Shown here in pieces: positions 52,560 through 64,000 of a DNA stretch of 64,000 bases. The DNA comes from Pavona decussata (lineage: Eukaryota), in contig CDRNST010000093.1 of the NCBI GenBank assembly GCA_977016875.1, forward strand, positions 7,440,001 to 7,504,000, read 5' to 3'. Position 1 is the first letter of the stretch. Every line of letters starts with the position of its first letter. Position numbers and translations under genes: made by a program. The notes below the pieces were generated by a model. It made no database searches. It saw nothing but the letters and a program-made list of their open reading frames with translations, and was not told the origin of the DNA.

Positions 52560-54102
52560 ATGCCTTACTACTGTTGCGCTGGAGAGTGCTATAATAGTTC
52601 TGTTCGAAAGGATATTTCCTGGCATAATTTACCACTTGATTCACCAACCATGCTTTCTGTTTGGATTAAGAAAATGAGACATGATCCTCAATATTTCAAG
52701 GTGAATCGGCATGCTAAGATATGCGGTGAACACTTTGTGACTGAGGACTTCGTGAATCCATACCCTGTAAAAAAGCGACTTAAAGATGGTGTAGTACCTT
52801 CTATCTGTGCATGGAACAAAGATAACGTTGTTCAAAAACGTTGTTCTGTTACGGAAAAGCTGGAGGCAATCAGGGCCAAGGAAGAGGAAGAAACCGACAC
52901 CGCATCCAAAGGAGAAGGAGACGTTGTCACTAACACAAACAGTGACATAACTTTAGTTTCCAGGAAAACACAGACGTTTGAGGATGACATGTGCACTACC
53001 TCTGATGACTATGAGCGAATCCCCTGCTCACATAAGTTTTCTGTAGCTCATTTGCTTTCAAAGTGCATCACACCTAAGATAGAGGAAAAATTGTTTACGC
53101 ACTTTACTGGATTCAGTTCTCATGGTGAGTTTATGAACACGCTGCAGTTTGTACTACCGAACCTAGATAGAAAACTGTTAATCTACTGGGATAGTGAAGC
53201 TAGAAAAAACAGTGTCATTGATACAGAAAGATTGTTTGATGGTGATCTTGATGACCCAGATGATATTAACGATCAAGAAGAACAAAACGAGTCTACTTTC
53301 ACACGTCCTACAGCACTTAAACTGGCAGTAGAGGATGAGTACCTTCTTGTTTTAATGAGACTTCGAATGGGTTTGACTATCATTGATCTAGGAAAAAGAT
53401 TTGGTATCAGTGAAAGTATGGTTAATAATATATTCCTTACCTGGATTAACTACCTGTATGTGACACTTGGAAGCCTCAAAATATGGCCACACAGGGATAA
53501 TATTTTGCAAAACGCACCTGTGGAATTCTTGGAAAAGTATCCGAATAACATTTGCATTATTGATGCAACTGAACTTAAGATCGAAGTTCCAAGTGCACTT
53601 AAGAAGCACAGTGAGAGTTACAGTACATACAAATCTCACACAACATTGAAATGCCTTCTTGGCGTTGATCCCAAAGGTAGAATCATGTTTGTATCTCAGC
53701 TTTATGAGGGATCCATCAGTGATAAACAAATAGTCGAGAGATCTGGTTTCTTAGATATTCTTCGTAAGAAACTAACAGTTAGTGAAATAAAGAAGGGGGA
53801 TTCTTTAATGACTGACAAAGGTTTTGATATGGATCCAGGATGAATTAAAAAAGCTTGACTTACATTTGAACATTCCCCCCTTTTTAAAAGATAAAGTTGG
53901 ATTTGAAGAAGATGATGTTGTCAAAACTCAAACAATAATTATTATTGCAAGGCATCGCATACATGTGGAGAGGGCAATCTGCAAGGTCTGTAGATTTCAA
54001 ATATTTCACTCAGTCATTCCTGTATCTATGTTTGGATGCATTAACCAAATATGGACTGTGGCTTGCTTACTTTCAAATTTTCAGAACCCGGTTCTTGCTT
54101 GA
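52560..54102 (+). pseudogene. THAP + HTH + DDE_Tnp_4 (Harbinger-type) transposase, frameshifted
   Basis: THAP finger (YCCAGEC...W...ICGEHF...VVPSI), HTH (LLVLMRLRMGL..DLGKRFGIS), catalytic motifs IIDATE / TDKGF / HVERAI; a 4-bp GGAT insertion near 53831 shifts frame between D2 and E. Confidence 0.92.
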
Positions 54103-54571
54103 TAACACAACAATTGCAATTCAATTTTAAAACTTTTTTCTTAAGGTGCAGAAAATAAAGACAGCACTCCTTTTCTATGTAACACATTTTCACTAGTGTG
54201 TAATTGACTACCTTTTTTTAGACACTAGTCATTATTATTTTATGTAGAGGAGGGAGGGAAAAAAGACAAGTAGGCAAAAGTATTTTTAGAAGAATGGTTA
54301 GAGTAGGGACCCTATTATTCTAATAAAGAAATAGGGGTCATCTTTTTTTGGCTCTGCCACGGGACTTGGGCTTGCAGTTTTTTTATCTTCCAAAAAAGAG
54401 AACCTCCTTTCCCCTGTTCATAAGTAATGACCAGTTCCTTACCGACAGAGAAACAGTTCTTGTCATAATAATATTACTAGTTTTGTGAGTTATAACCACT
54501 TTCAGCAAATACTGTTACTATTTACTTCTTGCATTAATCAAAGTGTACTTAAGAATAAGAGTCAGGTGTGG

Positions 54572-55958
54572 TTAACTAAAAAAGTAATGGTAATCATCGT
54601 TTCGTGAACAGCTTTCAACTGTCTTTGCTTGCACAGCAATAAAAGGAAGGGCATAATTGAAAAAGAACTTCTTGAATTTAGGAAGAAGCTTGTTTTCCCA
54701 GTAGTCAGGATCAAAATGGATTCTGTCTACACACATTTCATTCGAGTCAGACAAGTAAACACAAAAGTCACACCATGGTAAACCAGTAAGGGCCAACTGT
54801 CCTTGTACTTGGGTAAAATAGGAGTGACTTTTCTTAAGGTAAAAATTAGCCCCACTTTTTTCAATATAAAAGGCTGGGTCTTCTGCTGCTTGATCAATAG
54901 TATCTCCTTGTTTGGAAAAAGGACACTTGACCTCCAGCAATCCGTATTTACTGCTTGATGATGGATCAAACACTTTCCCATCTGGGGTGGCACCAAGGAA
55001 AGGAAATTTTGGATGTTCAGAAATCCCAGCATCAAATACTGCAAAACCTGGCACTTTTTGTTTCATGTTTTTGGAATATATTGTTAGTGCAATCTTCTCC
55101 TTTCCCTTGCCATGTGTAACAGCCCTCACATTAATATTTTGACAAATCTTTCGCACAAAAAATACTTTTCAACATTGAATCTGAGGGCCTGTGGATTCTT
55201 GAATATACTTTCCCAAAATTGAATGCAGTGAGCCTGGTCTTATGCTGATTCAGCTATTCAGATGATTCTCCTTGTAGGACTGTTCCCCTCTCTAAGACAT
55301 GAGATTCTCTTTCATTTATGATTAGATTGTCAACAAAAAAAGCAGACAGTTCAGCTTGATTCAGCACATCCAGGTCAGACAAATCAAACACAGTATTATC
55401 TGTGATACAATTTTCCCTTGTGTGGTTACAAGCAAAGGTTATGTTTGGTAGACCAAAGTCTTGTAATATTGGTATGTCAGGCAAGCACCAAGGGTAACAT
55501 TGGACCAAATATTGTATTCATTAATAAACCTGATTCTTGATCGCTCAATAGATAAGAAAATGGAGGGGTGTTTCCTTTCCTTTTAAAAAGCTAACTTGGT
55601 CCATCAAATGGTGCATTAGAAGTCCTTTCCTTAGAGCAGGACCTCTTGCATCATCCTTTAACATCAATACTAAATAGTGCGGGTCTTCACTCTTTTGTAG
55701 CGATCGATAGCAGCGAGCTTTTACGTAAAAAACACCAGATCCCTCACACGTGTAGATATCATAGGCATATCCTTCACGAAAGAACTTGTAGCTTTTTTCT
55801 CCTGCATTTTTCTTTCCTCCCTGACCAAGCCAGTCAGAACAAGTCAAAAGACTAATTTTCGGGAAATTTGTCAAAGTTTTTGACCTATTTCTAGTCTCAT
55901 AATACAAACACGAACAACACTGAACATGGCTGCGACAACAAATGCATGGGGCCGCCAT
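54572..55958 (-). pseudogene. YqaJ-like (lambda exonuclease-fold) nuclease ORF of the transposon, fragmented
   Basis: FLGATPDG...GLLEVKCP...YFTQVQGQLALTGLPWCDF; N-terminal YKFFREGY...VKARCYRS. In-frame stop at 55254 and frame breaks split it into three ORFs. Confidence 0.9.
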
Positions 55959-56277
55959 CTTGATGTAAACACCCAATTCAAATCACGTGACTTTTTAGCT
56001 GAATGGGTCTATGACAAAGATGTTGAGCCCATTTGAAGACAGTACACCTGCTGCCCTCAGGGCATCACGCGTAACTAGTAGCGTATGACATTTGAGTCAA
56101 TGGTTTGTAGAATGTCATGTCAAATTATAAGTACAGTATTGAGAAAACAAGAGAATTTATGGGATTTGAAAATCAAAAGCAACACAGTACAGCAACTAAT
56201 CATCTCAACACCATCACTCTCTTGGGATGATGGAGACACTGTAGTGCACACGAAGAATTGGTTAACTGATAGACAAT

Positions 56278-57068
56278 AGGCCTTATCACAGTTTTCGATG
56301 CCATTCTGACTAGTAAGCAAACAGGCTTGAAATAACAGTGTTTGTATGGAAATCCGATGTCAAATAACCTTCATAAAACATCGCTTCTGAAAAATTCATG
56401 AATTGGAAACTTTTGGCTCTTGGAAAAGGATTTTAAGAAAAAAAATTGGAGGCATGTAGCTGTGACAGAAAGCGTCCAGTCGTGTTTTGAACTTTCTATA
56501 AATTTCCCTGTATTTTTTCCTGTGAACTATTTTTAGTAGCAGTTCACAGCTGGTTCCCTATACGAAACGTAGTCTCTTTTTGTTAATTTTTATTTTAATT
56601 TGTTGCAAACTAATGTTGCCGACAAATCCGACTAAAGACACCCCCAATCTACCTAGCCGCGGAAATATACACTCAACATACTCAACGCACAAGTAAAACA
56701 CGTTAATTTAAAACTTTCTGTTTAATTTTGTATTACTATTGTTATGGTCTTAATTATTTCTATTATTATTGTAATTTTTTAGCATTTATATTCCACTGTA
56801 ATTTGTTATAAGTTCATTTCACACTGAAGATGGCAGAGGCAAAATGCATGGAAAGTTCAAAACACGGCTGGACGCTTTCTGTCATAGCTACATCCCTCCA
56901 ATTTTGTTCTTAGAATCCTTTTCCTAGTGCCAAAAGTTTCCAATTCATGAATTTTTCAGAAGCTATGTTTTATGAAAATTATTTGACATAGGATTTCCAT
57001 ACAAACACTGTTATTTCAAGCCTGTTTGCCTACCCGTCAAAACGGCGTCGAAAACCGTGATAAGGCCT
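56278..57068. mobile_element. Non-autonomous element with ~220-bp TIRs and AT TSD (ISL2EU-type ends)
   Basis: AT|AGGCCTTATCACAGTTTTCGATGCC...GAACTTTC is mirrored by GAAAGTTC...GGCGTCGAAAACCGTGATAAGGCCT|AT. Confidence 0.9.
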
Positions 57069-57289
57069 ATTAACTGTCTGCCTTACAAGGTCATTTACAA
57101 TGAACTGCGTCAAATATCTCGATTGGGTCCTCTGTACGCGCTAGACTATAAATAGCAAAACTGCTCCGCTTACAAGCTTGCTTTTGACACAAAATGTGTT
57201 TTTCTCTGGAAAGTAATCTTGTGCTGGAATTCAAGCTTATATGAAGCAAATACAGAATTCAGCACGATTCAGCACCCAAATGAAGCTCG

Positions 57290-57660
57290 CGCACATCCGC
57301 GCACATGGCAAAAAATACCGAGAACTGAGCTTACCGCACGCACCAAATTTGAGCATAGCCAGATAAACGATTTAAACATTTTTACAAAAAGATTCCGCTG
57401 CTTATTTAGTACTTTACCTACAAAGTAATTTACTAGTTATATTTACCGGGATATGGAAAGCTCTGTACAGCTCCGGAAAGGCCAAATTCAACGAGTCGAA
57501 ACTGTCACGCTGTCAACCGAACTGAGCAAAGCAACCAAGCGTTTCACAGGAAGTGACGTAACGACTATGCGCTATGCTATCCCCAAAAAGCGCTGGACAA
57601 AGAGCGGGAAGGTACTCAATGGTTTCCATTGAAATGATCGACCTTTCAGGTAAGTTTTAA
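57290..57660. promoter_or_regulatory. Putative bidirectional promoter between the RRM gene (-) and synapsin (+)
   Basis: CpG-rich island with ETS+CRE composite CAGGAAGTGACGT (~57547-57559) and CCGGAA. Divergent splice donors: minus-strand GCG|GTAAGC at ~57334 and plus-strand CAG|GTAAGT at 57650. Confidence 0.55.
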
Positions 57661-58926
57661 ACGATATTTTGGCCGTCATGGCCTTTAGCGATAAAGCAAC
57701 CCTTAAGTTTTGGCCTTTATAAATAATGAAGCAATGACTGTCCCCAAACTGAACGGGATCATGCTTAATATTGGCGGGCAAACTGTCATGTATGAGGCTG
57801 CCGTGAAATGCTATAAAGTCTATCGAATTCATTTTCAAGTTTTTGTTTAACACATTAATGTTAAATACTGGATGAAGTTCACTTTAGGCAGAAATGTGGT
57901 CGCAGAGGAAAAGCAACACTTGTGTCTTTGAAATGGCCAGGATCAGCCGATCAGGCGAAGTCAGCCTAATTTTTACAAGTGTTTATTTCGGTTGAAAAAT
58001 TTACTTTTTCTCTGCTAGTCTTTCTGGAAATAAAACACCTAATTCAATTTTCTCCTAGATAAGGAAAGTTTTGTAATCTTCACCGTCTAGGATGGTCGAA
58101 TCACGGGCAAACAAATATTTTGGCGTGACAGAATGCAGACAAACTGATTTTGGCGTGACAGAATGGCAGACAAATATTTTGGCGTGACAGAAATTTTAAC
58201 GCACTGTACTTTCTCAACAACAACAACAACAACAACTTAATTGGGTTAAAACACAATTACTGGTAATTTGGTATATCCAGTATAGTTTACATTGCGGCCA
58301 TTTTGAAGCTGACAGTCGATGAAATACATTTTGTACTTGATTGGGAAGTAGTAACCTGAGTAAAGACCAGTAAACAGACATTGTTTTATGGTGCCATCGC
58401 TGGATGTCTGTTTACTCAGGCCAGAACTTGGGTGCCTCGCTTGGAGTGTTGAGCTATCCAAATTTTGCCGTCTACAGATATTTGGATGAATGCGAAAAAA
58501 AAAATATAGACTGGATTTGATTGGTAAAAATTGGATTTGTAAAACATGGAGTGGATTTGAAAAACATGGATTTGTAAAATATGGATTTCTAAAACATAGC
58601 TGGTAAAATTTTATAAGTTAAGAACGGCTCACTTTTTTTATTTGATTTTTATTTTATAATTTTTTTATTTTATAATCATGCTAAACACATAGAGAAAACA
58701 TTATGTAAGTACACCATAACTGCCCATGTGTAGTCTGTATCAAAACATTTTGTATGCCGGATTCAACACAGGTTTTATTGACAATGTAAAAACTGGTAAG
58801 AAATAAAATAATTTTTGTTACTAATGATGAAGGGAAAGCATCCTTGAGGAGTGCCTTCCTTCCAGATTTCATGATAAACATGGGACAAATAAAGAAATAA
58901 TTTATTAATATGACTGTTTCTTACTT

Positions 58927-59108
58927 CAGTGGAACCTCTCCTTACGGACACCTCTTTAATACGGACACCTCTCTATTACGGACAGTTCACTTGGTCCCTG
59001 AGAGACCGAAATCCATATACTTAAAGCCTACTTCTCTAAAACGGACACCTTTATAATGCGGACACTTATCCCTGTCCCCGTGGTGTCCGTAATAAAGAGG
59101 TTCGACTG
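58927..59108. mobile_element. pogo/Tc1-like MITE
   Basis: CAGTGGAACCTCTCCTTACGGACACC ... GGTGTCCGTAATAAAGAGGTTCGACTG|TA with repeated ACGGACAC motifs. Confidence 0.82.
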
Positions 59109-60813
59109 TATTTGTTTGTTTACGTACCAATTCATGTTTTAGAAATCCCTATTTTACAAATTCACTCCATGTTTTGCCAATCCACTCCTTGTTTTACAAA
59201 TCCATCGTTTACAAATCCAATCCTTGTTGTACAAATCCGATCCAGTTCCTTTGTTTAGAATACGCCGAACACCTCTACTCCCCTAGTACCCTATCCGCTA
59301 AAAATTACGATCAGGTTATTTCATTAAACACAACGAAGGCAGTAAAACGGATGGAACGAGACTAGAGACGCTTCTTTGGTATGCAACCCAAGTGAAGATT
59401 AAGGTTATCTTCATGTCGAAAATGATTTCAGTTTTCTTTCATGAATGTGTGAAATAAAATAACTGTCAACAGCCGATGGCGCAAAGAAACAATAGCGACT
59501 TCGAATATCTTTCTTGCTGTTGTTGTTTTCAATGCTCGTATCGTGTCTCCAGGATTGTTGTTGTTTATTTTTTGTTTTCTTTTTTTTTTTTATTTTTAAA
59601 TCTTCTAATTGCCTTTTTTTTAATATGAGGAATAGGGCAAATTGAGATTTTGAGCCGGTCATCATAAATCTAGCCTATAATTATTTTAAACCCAACGAAA
59701 AAAAAAACCTGAAAGTTTGTAAAAAAAAAAGTTCAAAAAAAGTTTTAAGCTGGGAAAAAATTCCTGAATTTGTGCCGGTCGGGAAACCAAGAATATTCGT
59801 GTGATTGTTTGGTTTTTAAGACCCCATCTGTAGAAAATTGGCAGATCTTTGTTTAAAACATCACTTTTTGAATAATTATCAGCGTCGTTATATTGTCTTG
59901 AACATGATGAACCCAGCGGCTTGTTTTGAAACCGCTGCAGGATTATTTTGCCAGTTAAAGCTCAAATGAAGTTATTTTTGAGGTTAAAATAATTGAGCTG
60001 TCTATAAACTGACCAATGACGGACCCGCATATTAGGCTTGAGAAATGTCGTGATCCGTATTCCGCTGTATTCACGCAGTTTTCAAAATGTTTTGTTGTTC
60101 AAAACGAGTTCTACTTCCTGCCAGACATTGTACAAAGACCAGCTTAAAAATTACTGTGATATATAAACAAATACAATACAAAATTATAATAACCATGTTA
60201 AGTGGCGAAAACCTACTACATGCATAGTTTAAAAAGTCTTTTTGTGTTCGTCTAAATGAAGCGGATACCTTTTAAAATAATCCATACTTCGCAAAAGAAT
60301 CAGAAATCGTTTTTGCCTGACTTCGCCATTAACCTAACAAAAGCCAGCAAAATAGGCTTGTTTTGATTGAAGCCGAAAACAAAAATGTTCAATCTTGTTC
60401 GGTATTAGAATATGCAATGAATTGAACGCCATGGTCAATTGGTCGGTAAACAATGCAATTGTCCTTGGGCGATTTTTTTGACGAACAGGTGTCTCGGAAG
60501 TGTTCCTTGAATATTTTAAAAATATACAAGAAGGTTTGTCATTCCGCGTCGCTGAAGAAATCTCTTGGGTAATCCATTGACCTAAAAACCAACTTTCGCG
60601 AGTTTAGTGGTTATAGTAATTCTGCGCTGACAACAGCCTTCAGATTTTCAACTCAATCGGCGCATAGAACCAATAGGAGAAATCCCTGATTGTTACAAGA
60701 AGAAAAATACGGCCTATTTATCAGCTCGAACCGTATGTTTCGAGGAATTCTTGGAGTGATCTTAAACCTTCAAGCATTTCAAGCAAACTTCAAGAGTTTG
60801 GAGCCGTGAAAAC

Positions 60814-63566
60814 ATGGAGTTTTTGCAGAAGTTGAAGATTTCCGGTGGTGTAAATCTAAGCAACCTACGCCCTTCAAGTTCACGCGACAATGAACGAACA
60901 ACAAGCACTGCTTCCCCAACGAGCTCGCGACCCGATTCAAAAGAGGATGTTAGTTTGCCTCCCAGAGGATCGCCTGCCGCCAAAAAGATGAAAATACTGT
61001 TAGTTATTGATTCACCTGATACAGATTGGTAAGCGAAACAAATATAAATTTTACCCGAGTATAAACTATAACATATAAAGGTTCCGTTGTTAGCATATAT
61101 ACTTTATCACCTTATTTTTCCTTGGTATAAATTAAAAAATAGCAGCATGATCGAATCAGTGGAAGATCAAAGATTGCAAAATCTTCCTGCACTATAATAC
61201 CACCCGTTTGTCAATTAACAAGCTAAGCCTTCAAATCGAATGAAGGTTTGCCCGAAGAACTAAACTTTTGATCACTAGAATTCTCCTCGAGTTAATTTAT
61301 GATTTCTACAATAGGAGATTTTCCCGCGCGCGAACGTTACAAGAAAGTCACAATTTTATTCAAACGGTTCTTGTCATAAACACGGTCTCAACAACAAAAT
61401 AATTAATACACAATACGAGCAAGCTTATAAATCAAGCCACTCGTTTATCATGACCATTATTCGTGAAGAATTTCACAATTCTTTTTAACCGCGTTCATCG
61501 TCGCTAGCTCACCTTCGAAATTTACTGAGGTAGCTATTTAACTAATAGCTTCATTGTTTTCCAACAGGGCTAAGATTTTCAAGGGACGGAAACTTCATGG
61601 CGGTGTTTATGACATACGGGTAGAGCAGGTATTTTAGTCGCTTATTGTCACATTATTTTTGCTCTGAATGCCCAGTACCTTAATGCAGAAATCCATATCA
61701 AGATTACACGCAGAGAAATGAGTGTCCCCAGACAAAACCGTTTTGTTTATCTTTTATATTGAAATCTCGCCTTGAGAAAATTTGCATTTTATTTATGAAT
61801 GAAGACAGGAAACATGGCATCCTCGGGTTCAACTGCGGAACGTTCAAACACAGGAAGGGTCGTTTCAAAGTGGCAATTCCCCACGTCGGTTTTACACCCA
61901 TGATTTTCGCAGCCAGCGGTTTTCGCTCGTCCATTATGTGGTTGTGATGGTAAAGCAAATAGAAAATGCCCTCAAGAAATTATCGCAATATGGTTAGATC
62001 AGTATGCGAGTTTAATAAGTGTTTGCATCGACAAGCATCAAAAATTTGCATTTACAAAACGCCGCGTTAATTGCAATCCTTGCTAAAATGTTTAACATTT
62101 CAGCTCTTTTTTCGCCATCTCAGCGTAATGTGCTTGTTCAGAGGAAAATAATGTTATTGGAATTTAGATATTAAGTTTTTAATCGGTTTAAACGGCTAGA
62201 ATTTGAGCTGAAGGAAAAAGTACATTTTTAGTCCCGTGAAAAATTTATTAGACGCAAAGCATTCGCGCGTATTTGCATGTTTTAAGGAACAACAGTGGAG
62301 AAATTACGAGAGCAAGATACGAGGACATACAACTATGGTTTTGAATTACTTTTGTGTTCATTACGCGAGGAAAAACAACAAAAAATGGTCCTTGCCGAGG
62401 TTTATCGTTTTGTCGACCTTTTTGATAGTATACGCCCTCGAACTTTTCGTCTTCTTGTGGTTTCGCCAAAATATTGAATTATTTTGAAGCTGTTTTTATG
62501 TCTGCTGGTCAATTTTCTGTGTATTTTAATTTTAATTTTAATTTATATTTAATTGCTCTACTCGTTTTCATCATTAATTTATTTCACGGTCGGATAAAAC
62601 ATTATCTTTGATCTTACGCATTAACAAAATATTTCTTGTATATCGTTTTGGAATTCGAAAATCAAAACTTCTGTTTTAATACTTTATAAGAGTAAACTTA
62701 AATTTATATAGTTTTGGCTTTGGCTATAAAATCCAACCAATTTGAGAAATAATGCTAATAAAGAGCGCTTTTATCAATTTTGTTGGGGTGTTCCTTCCAA
62801 ACACATTCACTGGTTTTTACCAATTAGAGAAAGTCAGTTTTCAGTATGACGTTTTCCCGCCATAATGACCAGCCAGCCGTCACTTTTCCCGCCAAAATGT
62901 GCGGAGTCGTCAAAGATCCTACAGTGGAGCACAAAGGACCCTTGGCGAGATATTCTTGAATTTCGTCTCAAGTGCAGTTTAGTTTTAATAAAAACACAAG
63001 TAGCGATTTTCGCAAAGTAGTTACAAATCCCCTCGTGTAGGTTCTTGTTCGGCTTTATTTTATTATTTGAAAAAAAAAGAGATTCTAAGAAATCCGTTTT
63101 TAAATACACAGTAATCCATCTGCAGTTGCCTTCGTTCTCTATGTACTTGCCCTCATGTAAAGGCGTATGTTTCGAAAACCTACGCTTTCTGTCCGTTGTA
63201 ATTGTCGACGTTTTTTTTTCTGTTTTTGCGTTTACAGTTGGAGACACTGTATAAAACATGCTCGTTTTGTCTTGTACACATAAGCTGTAATCTTCTGTTT
63301 CAAAAACATCGCTTTGTGGCGGCATCGTGCGTTTTCAATTTCTAGACTGAAGTCCAAACCGGTTTTGGTCGGGGGAACCGAAAATCCCGTTTTATTCGTG
63401 TATGTGTTGGTAATCCTCCGAAAATTTATTACTGTTATAACCGTGTGTATGACTTTCGTTTTCTTTGCGTACAGGCCGAGTTTGGAGACTTGAATCTCGC
63501 CTCGTATTCAGACAGTGGTACGATGGTTGACATTCAGGTCTATCGTGAGGGAACCGTCGTAGTCAG
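60814..63566 (+). CDS. Syn: Synapsin, 5' partial: exons 60814-61028, 61568-61628, 63475-63566; continues beyond the window
   Basis: Spliced translation ...KILLVIDSPDTDW|AKIFKGRKLHGGVYDIRVEQ|AEFGDLNLASYSDSGTMVDIQVYREGTVVVR matches the start of synapsin domain C (vertebrate [39 protein letters not shown]). Canonical GT-AG sites with consistent phases. Confidence 0.95.
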
Positions 63567-64000
63567 GTGAGACCCTCTTGAAATGCCCCAGCTCTCATGC
63601 ATGTCACGAGCTTTACGATGTCAAAAAATAAAATAAAATAACGAAAGCGGTAGCTCGGTTGCTTTATTTATCAGAGACTATAGAGCCTTTGTAAAGGGCC
63701 GTTGGCATTTTCGCTGTGGTTAAAACAGAGTGCACTGAAAACTTCGAGAAAAGGAAGAAAACGTGAAGATTTTTCTGTTTCTCTCAGCTTCAGCTTCATT
63801 TTAAGTGGGGTGGAGTGGTGGTATTTGAGGGGGCGGGGAGTGCAGACTAAATTAGCGTACCTAAAAGATAAACGAGTTTGATGACTGACTTCCATGTCTT
63901 TTCAACAACAACAACAACAAAAATAATGCCAAAGAGAGGAGGGAGGAAGGCAAATAAAATAATTCTGGATGTTTGAAATTTCATTGGCTCCTCTCGCTCC

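Larger units (their letters stand above)
52464..56010. mobile_element. Full-length ISL2EU-type (PIF/Harbinger-related) DNA transposon, ~3.55 kb, decayed
   Basis: AT|AGACAAATTCGGCTAA..GTCACGCGACCTGAATTGGGT at left, inverse ACCCAATTCAAATCACGTGAC..TTAGCTGAATGGGTCT|AT at right; contains convergent THAP-DDE and YqaJ ORFs. Confidence 0.9.

Noticed and set aside
62834-63325. 163-aa minus-strand ORF in synapsin intron 2, considered as a nested TIMP
   Set aside because: No signal peptide, CxC or HPQ motif and no recognisable domain.

Overview
AT-rich eukaryotic genomic DNA with spliceosomal introns and two assembly gaps. The SINE/MITE families and gene content suggest a cnidarian, probably a scleractinian coral (inference). 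From left to right: (1) a two-exon TIMP gene (+). (2) A tandem pair of MFSD12-like MFS/GPH transporter genes (-) sharing exon structure; one is canonical, the other is highly divergent, has lost conserved acidic residues and appears to have gained a tail of duplicated symmetric mini-exons. (3) A large RRM gene (-) with a giant exon encoding ~59-aa Q/N/P/S-rich tandem repeats; this exon is broken by a frameshift and an L2-type LINE insertion. (4) An intronless coiled-coil+BEN gene (+) nested antisense in an intron that splits the RRM. (5) A full-length but decayed ISL2EU-type PIF/Harbinger transposon (THAP-DDE transposase plus convergent YqaJ nuclease, TIRs, AT TSD) and several AT-TSD MITEs. 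(6) The first three coding exons of synapsin (+), head-to-head with the RRM gene. The most notable points are TIMP and synapsin being linked but not nested, the divergent MFSD12 paralog, and the disrupted repeat-RRM/BEN locus. All exon coordinates were read by eye and need RNA-seq confirmation.
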